Source: Candidatus Heimdallarchaeota archaeon (GTDB lineage: Archaea; Asgardarchaeota; Heimdallarchaeia; Heimdallarchaeales; Heimdallarchaeaceae). From it: DNA of 64,000 nucleotides. The stretch lies in assembly GCA_021399395.1 (NCBI GenBank), contig JAAFKJ010000047.1, positions 657-64,656 on the forward strand, given 5' to 3'. This document shows, piece after piece, positions 1 through 9,628 of the stretch (position 1 is its first letter; every line of letters starts with the position of its first letter). Both the position numbers and the translations under genes were made by a program. The notes under the pieces were generated by a model. That model was not told the DNA's origin and made no database searches. It saw nothing but the letters and a program-made list of their open reading frames with translations.

Positions 1-1
1 T

Positions 2-298
2 GCACATGATTCAGAAATTTTTATTTTTGATGATCTTTCTAGTGCTTTAGATGTGGAAACTGAACAAAAACTTTGGAAAAGAGTATTTGAAAGAAGTGGA
101 ACATCAACATGTTTAGCTGTTTCTCACCGTCCTATTGCTCTTCGAAGAGCAGATAATGTTATTGTGCTTAAGGATGGAAAAATAGAAGCCCAAGGAAAAC
201 TAGACGATTTGCTTGAAACAAGCACTGAGATGAGACGTTTATGGGAAGAAAAAATAGTTAGATCAAAACCAGATTCGATTTCATCTCAAACTGATTAA
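2..298 (+). CDS. ABC transporter ATP-binding domain, C-terminal fragment (5' end lies outside window)
   Basis: Frame 2 is open from nt 2. The translation contains [17 protein letters not shown] (Walker B) and LAVSHRP (H-loop), then a typical exporter-type ABC C-terminus. Stop at 296-298. Confidence 0.8.
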   Translation, partial: AHDSEIFIFDDLSSALDVETEQKLWKRVFERSGTSTCLAVSHRPIALRRADNVIVLKDGKIEAQGKLDDLLETSTEMRRLWEEKIVRSKPDSISSQTD

Positions 299-322
299 AA
301 AATAAGTGAGAAGGGTTTCCCC

Positions 323-2143
323 TTACAGTCTTCTTTTGAAAAAATCCAAGATTGTTTTGAAGGATCTTAAACGGAACGTTTGATCTGTAAAACCACCATG
401 ACCAATATCTGTGTGCTCAATATATTCAAAGGTTTTTTCTCCTTCTTTTCCTTCTTTCCAACCTAATTCGAAAAGTTTGTCTCGATATACTCTAGCTTGA
501 GTTATTGGACATCTTGGATCATGAGCACCATGAACTATAAGTAAAGTTGTATTCAGATTTTCTGCGTAATTTATTGGTGACCTTTCTTTATACAGATCTG
601 CTTTTTCTTCAGGTTCCCCGAAAAGCATATGGAGATAATATTTGAAATGAGGCATACTTTCATCGTATAGTAGCTTCCAATCTGTTATTCCCACACTTGC
701 AGCTCCCGCTTTCCATAAATCTGGTTTCTTCACAGTTGCCCAGAAAGTCATATAACCACCATATGAAGTCCCAAAAATCCCAACTCTTTTGATATCAACA
801 TAATCCAGAGTTTTCAGATAATCCACTCCTGCAAGAACATCGTCTAAATCTCCTCCACCAATGTCTTCAATGTTCATATCTTGAAATTCTCTCCCATAAC
901 CTGTTGAACCTCTAAAATTTGGTTTAAGAACTACAAAACCATTATTGACCAAAATCTGATCAAACATGCTAAAGTTTCTAAAATATTGACCTGTGGGACC
1001 ACCATGTACTTGGATAAGTGCAGGTAATTTCTTTCCTTGTTCAATGTTCTTAGGTTTATACAAAATAGCTCCAATTGTGAGGTTGTCAGTTGAAGGATAT
1101 TCCACATAATCATCTTCAATAAAGAAGTCTGGTTTCAAATCACCAAGATTTGTTGGTATTAGTTCATCGATTACATTTTCTTTCAGATCATATTTTATTA
1201 ACTTGCTTGGACTTGTAGAGGAATTCAAAGTTAAAACTAGATATTTATCATCTTTTGTAATTGCTGTACCTGCTACAATACCTGGGGGAAAATCAAGTGT
1301 TCTTTCCTTACCAGAAACAATATCATAAATCATAGGATATACAGTAGCTTTTGAGTTCCTTGCACAGACTAGAAATTTACCATCTACGGAAAACTTTCCT
1401 GAGTACTCTTGTGATGAACCATCACCAAACCACTTTACTTCTTTAATTTCAAAATTATAGACCCCCGCACGTGAATTACCTTCGAAATCAGAAGTTAAGG
1501 CAAGTGTTTTACCGTCTTGTGAGATATCTGTTACTCCATCTTGAGAGCCTTCTTTAAAACTTAATAGTTTTCTCTGATTTGATCCATCAGTATTCATAAT
1601 CCAAATGTCCCCATTTTGCAAATTTGGAGTGTCATTATATCCAAAAACAATATATTCGTTAGTGGGGCTAAACGTTGCTCCAAGAACCGGTCGTTTGTAG
1701 TTAGTTAATTCTTGAATTTCTTTACTCTCAAAATTATAATTGAATAAATTCCTTTGACCATTTCTTGTTGAACTAAATAGAAGCTTTTTACCATCAGGAC
1801 TCGTATGAGCAACATGTTCTTGAAAAGTGGGTGTCTCTGTAATCTGATTCGTTTCTTTTGTTTCTAAGTTTATCATATAGAGATCGTGTTGTTCATTTCC
1901 ATCTTTGTCTTTAGCAAAAATTATGTTCTTGTTATCACGAGTCCAGATAAAACCAGCTCTTAAAGCTCTGGGAACTTCACCATGACTAATTTGTTCATAG
2001 TCTTTAGTCTTTAAATCCATCACATATAATTCAACCCTACCTGTAATATCCCAGAAGAAAGCAATTTTATCTTTAGAATGATTTAAGCTGGTCATGTAGA
2101 ATTGAGGAATACGTGCAATTTTCTCAATTAGTTCATCAGACAT
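323..2143 (-). CDS. S9 family serine peptidase (prolyl oligopeptidase / acylaminoacyl-peptidase type) with N-terminal beta-propeller
   Basis: 606-aa ORF. The nucleophile elbow is GIFGTSYGGYM (GxSxGG), followed by VHGAHDPRCP (Asp) and DIGHGG (His). The N-terminal half has TolB/DPP-IV-like repeats. Confidence 0.85.
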   Translation of the reverse strand: MSDELIEKIARIPQFYMTSLNHSKDKIAFFWDITGRVELYVMDLKTKDYEQISHGEVPRALRAGFIWTRDNKNIIFAKDKDGNEQHDLYMINLETKETNQITETPTFQEHVAHTSPDGKKLLFSSTRNGQRNLFNYNFESKEIQELTNYKRPVLGATFSPTNEYIVFGYNDTPNLQNGDIWIMNTDGSNQRKLLSFKEGSQDGVTDISQDGKTLALTSDFEGNSRAGVYNFEIKEVKWFGDGSSQEYSGKFSVDGKFLVCARNSKATVYPMIYDIVSGKERTLDFPPGIVAGTAITKDDKYLVLTLNSSTSPSKLIKYDLKENVIDELIPTNLGDLKPDFFIEDDYVEYPSTDNLTIGAILYKPKNIEQGKKLPALIQVHGGPTGQYFRNFSMFDQILVNNGFVVLKPNFRGSTGYGREFQDMNIEDIGGGDLDDVLAGVDYLKTLDYVDIKRVGIFGTSYGGYMTFWATVKKPDLWKAGAASVGITDWKLLYDESMPHFKYYLHMLFGEPEEKADLYKERSPINYAENLNTTLLIVHGAHDPRCPITQARVYRDKLFELGWKEGKEGEKTFEYIEHTDIGHGGFTDQTFRLRSFKTILDFFKRRL

Positions 2144-2282
2144 AAGTCAATGACACGATTTAATTTGAAAAGATTTACGGTACAACATGTGACAAAGGTA
2201 CACTTTTTGGTCACAAATTGTGTTTCTTCTTTTTATATATGAGGGAGAAGGATAAGATAGAACAAATAAATTGGTGAAATAA

Positions 2283-3473
2283 ATGGGCGATATAGTCGTA
2301 AAAGAAGACGAAAACATTGAACTAACCAAGGTTGATGGAAATCTAAAGATTGGCGATGGTGCAGAAATTGCTGTTCCTTCTGGCACTTTAGTTATTTCTG
2401 GAGATCTTGTTAGTAAAGGAGATATAGTAATACGTGGATCAGTTAAAGTTGATAATATCAAACATGACTGGGGATACCTTGAGATAGAAGGTGATGTAGA
2501 TACATCATATGTAAAAGTCTCAAGTAGAAGATCAAGCAATGGATCAAAGTTGATAATAACTGGTTCATTGAACTGTGGAGAAATAGACATTGATGGTGGT
2601 TTAGAAGTAGACAAAGACCTTACAGCAGGAGATGTAGAAATCGGAGGTAGTTGTATTGTTCATGGAGAAACAAATGTCAAGGACTATGATATCAGTGGTT
2701 CGGCTAAACATGGAATGAATTTAACAGCCACAGATATTGAAGTAAGTGGTTCTCTGAAGGTTGATGGAGATGTTAAATCCAGTTCTGATTTTGAAATTTC
2801 AGGATCTGCAAAAATTGAAGGAATTTTAGAAGCACAGGAAGTAAGTGTTGGTGGTTCCTTGAAGTGTCAAGAGATAAAATGTGAAGAAATTGAAATTGGA
2901 GGTTCAGCTAAAATCGAATTTGGCCAAATCACAAAAGGATTAGAAGTAGGTGGTGCCTTTGGATGTAGCGACAGCTTCACAGCAGATGTAGTATCTTGTG
3001 GAGGATCTTGCGGATTTGGTGATGACTCTAAGATAAATAAATTAGAAGCAAATGGTGCTACCAAAGTTGGTGATAATTTTCAATTTAAAGATGTTAAAGT
3101 CAACGGTTCATTCTCTTTTGGAATCGATGCAGTAGGTGAAAACCTAGAAGTAAATGGAGCATGTTCTTCCAAAGATAACTTGAAAGTACTGGAGACAATA
3201 GTTGTCAATGGAAAACTGACTGGAAAACATATTGAAGCTAACAAAATTGAAATCGCAGGTGGCTTAGAATGTACTGAAGCCAAAGGACAAAACATTCTAA
3301 TTCAAGAAGATTCTCGAGTTCGAGGAAAATTAGTTGGTGGAGAAGTTATTGTTGAAGATGGGGCAAGAGTTGACCATATAGTTGCAGATAGTGTAAAATT
3401 AGGTGATAAAGTAAAAGTTACCAGATTAGAATCTGCAAATATAGATGCTGAAGATTCTGCTAAATATAATTAG
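2283..3473 (+). CDS. Bactofilin-like (polymer-forming cytoskeletal family) beta-helix repeat protein
   Basis: 396-aa ORF made almost entirely of short degenerate repeats, for example ISGSAKHG, VSGSLKVDGDV, ISGSAKIEGIL, VGGSLKCQEI and IGGSAKIEFG. This is typical of right-handed beta-helix bactofilin/CcmA-type proteins. It is a paralogue of 52156-53058. Confidence 0.6.
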   Translation: MGDIVVKEDENIELTKVDGNLKIGDGAEIAVPSGTLVISGDLVSKGDIVIRGSVKVDNIKHDWGYLEIEGDVDTSYVKVSSRRSSNGSKLIITGSLNCGEIDIDGGLEVDKDLTAGDVEIGGSCIVHGETNVKDYDISGSAKHGMNLTATDIEVSGSLKVDGDVKSSSDFEISGSAKIEGILEAQEVSVGGSLKCQEIKCEEIEIGGSAKIEFGQITKGLEVGGAFGCSDSFTADVVSCGGSCGFGDDSKINKLEANGATKVGDNFQFKDVKVNGSFSFGIDAVGENLEVNGACSSKDNLKVLETIVVNGKLTGKHIEANKIEIAGGLECTEAKGQNILIQEDSRVRGKLVGGEVIVEDGARVDHIVADSVKLGDKVKVTRLESANIDAEDSAKYN

Positions 3474-3555
3474 ATACAGAAAAGTAATCAATTTAGGTCT
3501 CTGAAAATCGGAGACTTAATATTCTCCTTTTACCTAATCAAAATAGGTCATCAAA

Positions 3556-3873
3556 ATGCCAGCTGTAAATAGATCAAGATATGACATCTACGCAGACATT
3601 GTTTCCGTTCTGCAGTTTTACAATGAAGCAGGTATATCTCAGATTGCCAGAAGAGCTAATCTTCCTATCGATCGTGCTAAAGGATTAGTAGAATTCATGG
3701 TAGCGAGAGGTTTAGTATTAAAACAAGAGAACCCCAAAAAACGTCCTAATGTGTTATATCTTGGTACAAATAGAGGGTATCAATATTATGAATTGTACAA
3801 ACAACTACATCACATGGTTGTTGAGATAACTGATGATGAACTGGAATTTGGAATTGGTTTTGACATGAAGTAA
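3556..3873 (+). CDS. Small winged-helix DNA-binding protein
   Basis: 105-aa ORF. The segment GISQIARRANLPIDRAKGLVEFMVARGLV has an HTH plus wing pattern like small archaeal wHTH regulators. Confidence 0.55.
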   Translation: MPAVNRSRYDIYADIVSVLQFYNEAGISQIARRANLPIDRAKGLVEFMVARGLVLKQENPKKRPNVLYLGTNRGYQYYELYKQLHHMVVEITDDELEFGIGFDMK

Positions 3874-3924
3874 TCTTTTGTTTTCAATCAAAATCTATTT
3901 TACTTAAATCTTAATTTTTCATCT

Positions 3925-4416
3925 ATGCTTCATTTCCGTAAATTTACTGAAGAGGATTGGATTAGCTTTGAAGAGATAGCCATGGAAGCCTTTGCTAGAG
4001 AGAATATTCTGAAAGAGAATTTTCTTCAGATACTTGACGATGAAGGTTTTATTGGTGCCTTCAAAGACGAAAAATTAGTTGGATATCTTAGATTGTTGCT
4101 ATTGAATGAATATGGTCATCTTGGTCAAATAGTTGTTGAAAAATCAGAGAGGGGGAAGGGATTTGGAAATAAGCTGATGGAAAATGCAATTATTTACTTT
4201 GGGAAGAAGGATGTAGAAAATGTTGGATTATATGTTGAGACAAAAAACAATACAACTATTTCACTCTATGAAAAGTATGGTTTTGAAAAACAATTCGAAT
4301 CCCGGCATTATTGGATCAAAGAAGAAGAACTCAAGGAAATTGAAAAGAATTATCAACAAAGAGAAAATTCTTCTGTTCGAATCTTAACTGTAGATGATTA
4401 TGCAAAGCTTTCCTAA
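3925..4416 (+). CDS. GNAT family N-acetyltransferase
   Basis: 163-aa ORF with the acetyl-CoA motif A QIVVEKSERGKGFGNKLM (Q/RxxGxG). Its C-terminal VRILTVDDYAKL looks like strand 1 of a second GNAT-like domain that continues in ORF 4394-4750. Confidence 0.8.
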   Translation: MLHFRKFTEEDWISFEEIAMEAFARENILKENFLQILDDEGFIGAFKDEKLVGYLRLLLLNEYGHLGQIVVEKSERGKGFGNKLMENAIIYFGKKDVENVGLYVETKNNTTISLYEKYGFEKQFESRHYWIKEEELKEIEKNYQQRENSSVRILTVDDYAKLS

Positions 4417-4750
4417 TATCAACACAAAAGAGCTTAAAGTTCATCTTACAGGACCCAAAAACAAAGGTTTGAGTGGCGGAGAATCTATTCCACTTGGACT
4501 ATTTATTGGAAATGAAATAATGGTATATGGTAGATTTAATCCTGAATTTCCAGGGTGTAGGCCTTTTGAGATTAGTGATATTGAATACCTAGATGATTTT
4601 ATCGTTGGACTAAGTGAATATAAGACGAAAGATTATCTGCGAATCACTTTTGGTAGGAATAAAGGTTTATCTGATTTCTGCGATAAAAGAGGGTATAGGC
4701 TCCATCATCATTTATGGGTTATGATGAAAGAAATGAAGGAAGATGCTTAA
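4394..4750 (+). CDS. Hypothetical protein, possibly the frameshifted second (GNAT-like) domain of the upstream gene
   Basis: 118-aa ORF in frame 2 that overlaps the end of the frame-1 GNAT gene by 23 nt. It has no independent SD-like motif. Confidence 0.4.
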   Translation: MIMQSFPNINTKELKVHLTGPKNKGLSGGESIPLGLFIGNEIMVYGRFNPEFPGCRPFEISDIEYLDDFIVGLSEYKTKDYLRITFGRNKGLSDFCDKRGYRLHHHLWVMMKEMKEDA

Positions 4751-4812
4751 TCCTCAAATAATAGCAGCAATTTTTTGTGTCTTTAAATACTATTTTTATG
4801 TTTTAATAGTGG

Positions 4813-5073
4813 ATGAAAGAAGAAGCTTCTAAGCAGATATTAGAATCAGAGGTAATAAAGGAAAAGTTTCCCTGTTACAAATATGCTGTAGTTTTTCTAG
4901 AAGCTGAGGACATCATCCAGAGGAAAATAGGTTATTCTTTGCTTGCACCTCTGTTTAAACTATTGCCAGAAGAATTACAAGAATATATCAGTTATATGTG
5001 GGAGATAGATACAGAGAAGAGGAAGATGCCTTATTCTTTTGTAAAATGTTGTGAAAAGATTTTTGCAGAATAA
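4813..5073 (+). CDS. Hypothetical protein
   Basis: 86-aa ORF with no competing ORF and no family recognised. Confidence 0.35.
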   Translation: MKEEASKQILESEVIKEKFPCYKYAVVFLEAEDIIQRKIGYSLLAPLFKLLPEELQEYISYMWEIDTEKRKMPYSFVKCCEKIFAE

Positions 5074-5368
5074 CTCGGTTGTAAGAGAACAGAAATCAAA
5101 ATAACTTATCTCATGTATTAATCGAGCTCATTTCTCCAGAGAAGAATCATTAAATTCATCTAACCAATTTGAAATCATCACTCAATAGGACACATTTTGA
5201 GAGCTATTTTGAGTATTCTTCTTTTATAGTTTACATCTAATGAAAATAAATGTTATTGGTGAAGAGAGATTGGGAAATAATATGCCAGATTGCATGTTTT
5301 TACACATATAAACGAAAAAGAATGGTTTTTATGTAACGGGTTTAGCAAGAGAAACAATTGGTGGTAAA

Positions 5369-6937
5369 ATGAGTCAAGATGATAAAAACAAGAAGAATGG
5401 ATTAATCGTAATAGGGGGAGGCATCACTGGATTAACTTCAGCTGTTACATGGGCAAGATTTCATGATACAGAAAAAGAACCGGTACTAATTATTGAAAAA
5501 GAACCCAAGTTAGGGGGATTTGTGACTTCATATCATCGTAAAGGTTATCAGTTCGACACTAGTCAGATGATTTCAAATTGTAATGACATGTTCGATTTTT
5601 TGGGAATAGAGATTGATCTCAAAAGATTCAAAGGATATTATACACGAATATTTCTTGTTAATCCCGATACAGAAAAAGTAAAAGTAATGGAGATACCATC
5701 TGGATTTGAGAAATTTAAGAAAAAATTAATGAAAGAATATCCAGAAAATGCAAAACAAGTAGAGAAGTTCCTTGACCATTCCAGAGCAATGTATACAGAA
5801 TTGTTCAAATTAAAGACAGAGCCTACATTTGTTGAATTGTTGAAGACAGTTGTATCGTGTCCAAAAATCATAAAAAATAGTTCTAAAACTTTCAAGGAGT
5901 ATTTTGATCAGTTTGGTATAACAAATCCTGATGTAATAGAAATTTTTGATGCTTTCGCAGCTTTCAGTGGATTACCTGGTGACAGAGCAGCTGCTTTAAT
6001 GACTGTAGGAGCTATGAATTCACTAATTGATAATGCCTATAGACCAACAAAAGGATTCACTGAATTGGCAAATCAATTTGAAAAGAGATACAAGGAGTTA
6101 GGGGGAGAAGTCCTTCTTAAAACAAGAGTTGAAAAAATCTTAGTTGATAATGGAGAAGTAAAGGGTGTTCAAGTTGAAGGTGGAAAGAAATTCTATTCTG
6201 ATTATGTAATAACCACAATTGACCCTAAAGTAGCTATGAAAGAATTGGTAGGATTAGATACAATCAGTGAAGTAGATCCAAAATTCGCAGAAAAAGCTGA
6301 ACAAGTAAGAATGTCTCCTTCTTCAATAAATATAGCCTTGGGGTTGGATGATAAACTCGATCTTGCAGGATTAGGAATGGATTGTGGATATAACGTTGTT
6401 ACTACAGGAGGAGAATCATTCTCCAAATTATTTGAGGAATATGAAAAGGGAAATATGGCCTTTTCAGAGAAACAATTTCATATGGGAGTAATCTGTCCAT
6501 CCTTAACAACTGGCGGAAAACCTAACATTACAATTCGTGTTGTGCCAATAGGATTAGGAGATTGGTTAGAATTACGAGAGAATAACCGCAAAGAGTATGA
6601 TAAGAAAAAGGAAGAAATATCGAACTTAATCATAGATTTAGTGGAAAAATATCTTATTCCGGATTTGAAGAAACATATAATTGTAAAAGACGTATCAACA
6701 CCCGCAACGTATGCGAAATATTCTGGTTCGCCAACTGGGTCAATATATGGTATGGCACCGTTTACAGATAATTTTGGTAGATCAAGATTGAAAATGAGAA
6801 CACCGATCAAAGGGTTATTCCAACCACTCTTTTCTCACGGTATTTTTGGTTGCATGTTAGGTGCTTTGCAAGTAGGTGACATGATACTAAATCGAGAAAT
6901 ATTAGATGGAAATGCCCGTTTAAAACCAAAAGAATAG
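5369..6937 (+). CDS. FAD/NAD(P)-dependent oxidoreductase, phytoene-desaturase (CrtI-like) family
   Basis: 522-aa ORF with an N-terminal Rossmann motif LIVIGGGITGLTSA. Length and C-terminal pattern match the amine-oxidase/phytoene dehydrogenase superfamily. Confidence 0.8.
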   Translation: MSQDDKNKKNGLIVIGGGITGLTSAVTWARFHDTEKEPVLIIEKEPKLGGFVTSYHRKGYQFDTSQMISNCNDMFDFLGIEIDLKRFKGYYTRIFLVNPDTEKVKVMEIPSGFEKFKKKLMKEYPENAKQVEKFLDHSRAMYTELFKLKTEPTFVELLKTVVSCPKIIKNSSKTFKEYFDQFGITNPDVIEIFDAFAAFSGLPGDRAAALMTVGAMNSLIDNAYRPTKGFTELANQFEKRYKELGGEVLLKTRVEKILVDNGEVKGVQVEGGKKFYSDYVITTIDPKVAMKELVGLDTISEVDPKFAEKAEQVRMSPSSINIALGLDDKLDLAGLGMDCGYNVVTTGGESFSKLFEEYEKGNMAFSEKQFHMGVICPSLTTGGKPNITIRVVPIGLGDWLELRENNRKEYDKKKEEISNLIIDLVEKYLIPDLKKHIIVKDVSTPATYAKYSGSPTGSIYGMAPFTDNFGRSRLKMRTPIKGLFQPLFSHGIFGCMLGALQVGDMILNREILDGNARLKPKE

Positions 6938-6943
6938 ATATAA

Positions 6944-7053
6944 TGGTGGGGTCTGGGTGATTTGAACACCCGACCAATTGGTTTCTTCGGTTGTTCATTG
7001 CCTAAGCAATGTTCTCTGGAGCCAACCACTCTACCGGACTGAGCCAAGACCCC
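6944..7053 (-). tRNA. tRNA-Trp (anticodon CCA) with a 33-nt intron at 37/38 and genomically encoded CCA
   Basis: The minus strand reads GGGGTCT-TG-GCTC-AGTCCGGTA-GAGT-G-GTTGG-CTCCAG[intron 7015..6983]A-CCAAT-TGGTC-GGGTG-TTCAAAT-CACCC-AGACCCC-A-CCA. All four stems pair, and the mature length is 77 nt. Confidence 0.85.
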
Positions 7054-7110
7054 GACCTGTGCTCGTTTTTTCTCATCTTATGTTCTTTTAAGGTTTTCTT
7101 TATCCTATTG

Positions 7111-7737
7111 CTATTCAATCCTCTTAATCATAGCCCAGTTCATAATCTCTGTTTCAGGGATTTTTGTTTCTTCTATTAATTCAAACCCTAGGTGTTCATA
7201 TAACCCCACATTTCCTTCGAGATTTGTTTCAAGAAATACAGAGTATCTTTCTTTTTCTATTCTTTCTAACATAGGTTTGATTAACTTACTTCCATATCCT
7301 TTTCCTTGATGATCTGGGTCTACACCTATATTTGCCAAATACCAATGAGGTTCTTTCATCATTTCTTTGTGAATTTGCAAGATATTATCTGTAATTTCTT
7401 GAATCTTTCTTGGGGAAAGTTTTCGCTCATCTTTCTGCTTGGCTAGCGCCACCCCCATCCCTAGACCTCCACTTTTGATAGTTCTCCATATTCCCATATG
7501 TTCTTTTCCTGGGGGTAACCACTTCGCTACCCCTTCTATTTTATCTGTAGGAGAATAAACTTCCCCACAATTTATTCCATCTCTTGTCATGAATTTCCAT
7601 AGAACTGGGGAATACCTCTTTCTTTCTTCAGAATCTGGAAATATTAATTTAATTAATGGATCCTCATGAAAAGCTCTTGTTAAGACTTCAGTAGCTTTTT
7701 CTACATCTTTCTTTTGAATCAAATACACTTCTTTCAC
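7111..7737 (-). CDS. GNAT family N-acetyltransferase
   Basis: 208-aa ORF with motif A IGVDPDHQGKGYGSKLI. Confidence 0.8.
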   Translation of the reverse strand: MKEVYLIQKKDVEKATEVLTRAFHEDPLIKLIFPDSEERKRYSPVLWKFMTRDGINCGEVYSPTDKIEGVAKWLPPGKEHMGIWRTIKSGGLGMGVALAKQKDERKLSPRKIQEITDNILQIHKEMMKEPHWYLANIGVDPDHQGKGYGSKLIKPMLERIEKERYSVFLETNLEGNVGLYEHLGFELIEETKIPETEIMNWAMIKRIE

Positions 7738-7772
7738 ATCACATTCGTTATCAAACCAGCATTTATTACAGT

Positions 7773-9563
7773 TCAGCCTACTATTTTTTCTAGTTCATCT
7801 ACAAACCTTTCATATTGTTTCATACCTAGTTTCCAGAAGTCTGGTTTGGTAATATCCAACCCCATTATTTCACCAAATTCTTTTGGTGATTTGCTGCTAC
7901 CAGATTTTAGAATTTCTTTTAATTTTGGTATGAAACTTTCTCCTTCATCTAAATACAGCTGATACATAGCATACACAAACATTTGAGCAAAGACGTATGG
8001 ATAATTGTAGAACCTGAAATTTGACATGTAATAGTGTGATTTCATTGTCCACTCCCAATCCATCTCCTCAAACCATTCAACTGTGTCCCCGTAGATTCTA
8101 TCTCTTGATGTTGTCCAAAGTTCTGAGATTGTCTTTCCATCCAATAGTTTTCCAGCTTTTATAGCATCATACATACCTTGTTCAAACCAAACACGAGCAC
8201 TTACTTGGAAAGTAGCCATCCCCGCTCCATCCAGAACTCTACTTAGAATTGCTTTTTTCTCTTCATTTGTTTCTGCTTTTTCTAATAGAAGGTCAGTTAC
8301 TAGCAACTCACCGAAGATTGAAGCTACTTCAGCAATTACCATTGGATATCGAGTATTACTAAAGGTCTGTTCTCTTGTAACTAGATATCCGTGAACAGCA
8401 TGTCCCAATTCATGAGCTAGAGTATAAATATTTGATAATGCACCAGTAAATGTTTGTAAGATATAGGAAGTCTTTCCATTATACCAAGTTGAACAAAAAG
8501 CTCCATTTCGTTTTCCAAATCTAGGACTTGCATCAATGTGATTACGTTCAAACATGTCCTTGGCAGTCGAATAGAAGCTTTCATCGAATTTCCCATATGC
8601 CCCCAATATTATTTCTTGAGCCTGTTCCCAGTTATACTTTATATCAGGAGAATCTAAGAGGGGAGCTACTACATCTTCACACCCTAATTTTGGTAAATCA
8701 AGTTGTTTTGCTTTTAACTTCAAGTATCTTTGGTAAATTCCCACATGCTCTTCTATTGCAATCATTAAATTGTCGATTGTCTGCTGATCAACATCATTTG
8801 CGAGTAGACTCTGGTGCATTGGCGAATCATATTTTCTTCTTTCCGAGATTTTTACCCAATCTCCACATATACTTTGCATTGCAGAAGAAAATAGCTCTTG
8901 ATCCCTTCCTAACAGACCGTATATAGCTTTATTTGCTGATTTTCGAGTTGCTTTATCTGGGTGACCAAGGAGTCCATTAGCTTCTCCATACGATAAAGAT
9001 TTGAGTTCTCCTTCTACCTCTACATCAAACTTTCTCGTGTTTAACCATTTAGCTTGTAATTGCTGCCAAGCTACGATACCGTGCTGATCCTTTTCTAGTA
9101 TAATCTGTTCTTCAAGTTCTGTTAACTTATGTGGATGAGCTCGTAGAATTCTTTCAATTGTATGTTTATAGTCAGCTAATATTGAATCTTGTAGAATATC
9201 TTGATTTTCATAAACATATTTGCTAATCTCTAATTCTAAGAAAGCTAATTTCTTCCTTATTTTAGTCGAAAACTCTTCTGTTTTATTCTGAAGAGCTCTA
9301 AATTCTGCATTAGTCATATTTCCAGCAAAAGATAATCTAGCAAATTGGTTTAACTCAGCCAAATCTGAAAAAAACTTCTCTTGTAACTGAAAGAGTTTGT
9401 GTAAATCCTCATGACTGAAATCAGATACATTGATTTTCCCCTTATATTTTTGAATCATATCTTCCGATCTCTTCTCTAAATCTACTATTGTTTCTTCTAT
9501 TTTGGGGTCAGTTGTTCCTTTATATATCTCACTGAGATCCCAAGCAATTTCCTCTTGAGTCAT
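7773..9563 (-). CDS. pepF: Oligoendopeptidase F, M3B metallopeptidase
   Basis: 596-aa ORF with the zinc motif LAHELGHAVHGY (HExxH). Length and overall pattern are those of the PepF family. Confidence 0.9.
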   Translation of the reverse strand: MTQEEIAWDLSEIYKGTTDPKIEETIVDLEKRSEDMIQKYKGKINVSDFSHEDLHKLFQLQEKFFSDLAELNQFARLSFAGNMTNAEFRALQNKTEEFSTKIRKKLAFLELEISKYVYENQDILQDSILADYKHTIERILRAHPHKLTELEEQIILEKDQHGIVAWQQLQAKWLNTRKFDVEVEGELKSLSYGEANGLLGHPDKATRKSANKAIYGLLGRDQELFSSAMQSICGDWVKISERRKYDSPMHQSLLANDVDQQTIDNLMIAIEEHVGIYQRYLKLKAKQLDLPKLGCEDVVAPLLDSPDIKYNWEQAQEIILGAYGKFDESFYSTAKDMFERNHIDASPRFGKRNGAFCSTWYNGKTSYILQTFTGALSNIYTLAHELGHAVHGYLVTREQTFSNTRYPMVIAEVASIFGELLVTDLLLEKAETNEEKKAILSRVLDGAGMATFQVSARVWFEQGMYDAIKAGKLLDGKTISELWTTSRDRIYGDTVEWFEEMDWEWTMKSHYYMSNFRFYNYPYVFAQMFVYAMYQLYLDEGESFIPKLKEILKSGSSKSPKEFGEIMGLDITKPDFWKLGMKQYERFVDELEKIVG

Positions 9564-9628
9564 TTCTATTCAAAACGAAATGATATATTACTAATAAAAA
9601 AGTTATCTGATTTACTGAAGTCAGTTAT

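Noticed and set aside
2147-2614. 155-aa minus-strand ORF, rich in Ser/Thr/Pro, overlapping the start of the bactofilin-like gene.
   Set aside because: It is an antisense shadow of a repeat-rich gene. It is low-complexity with no motif, and the plus-strand gene explains the open frame.
6983-7015. Possible box C/D guide RNA inside the tRNA-Trp intron, as in some Euryarchaeota.
   Set aside because: The intron is only 33 nt and lacks RUGAUGA and CUGA boxes.
6807-7047. Two minus-strand ORFs (63 and 70 aa) spanning the end of the oxidoreductase gene and the tRNA-Trp locus.
   Set aside because: They overlap a well-formed tRNA and a strong CDS and show no coding features.
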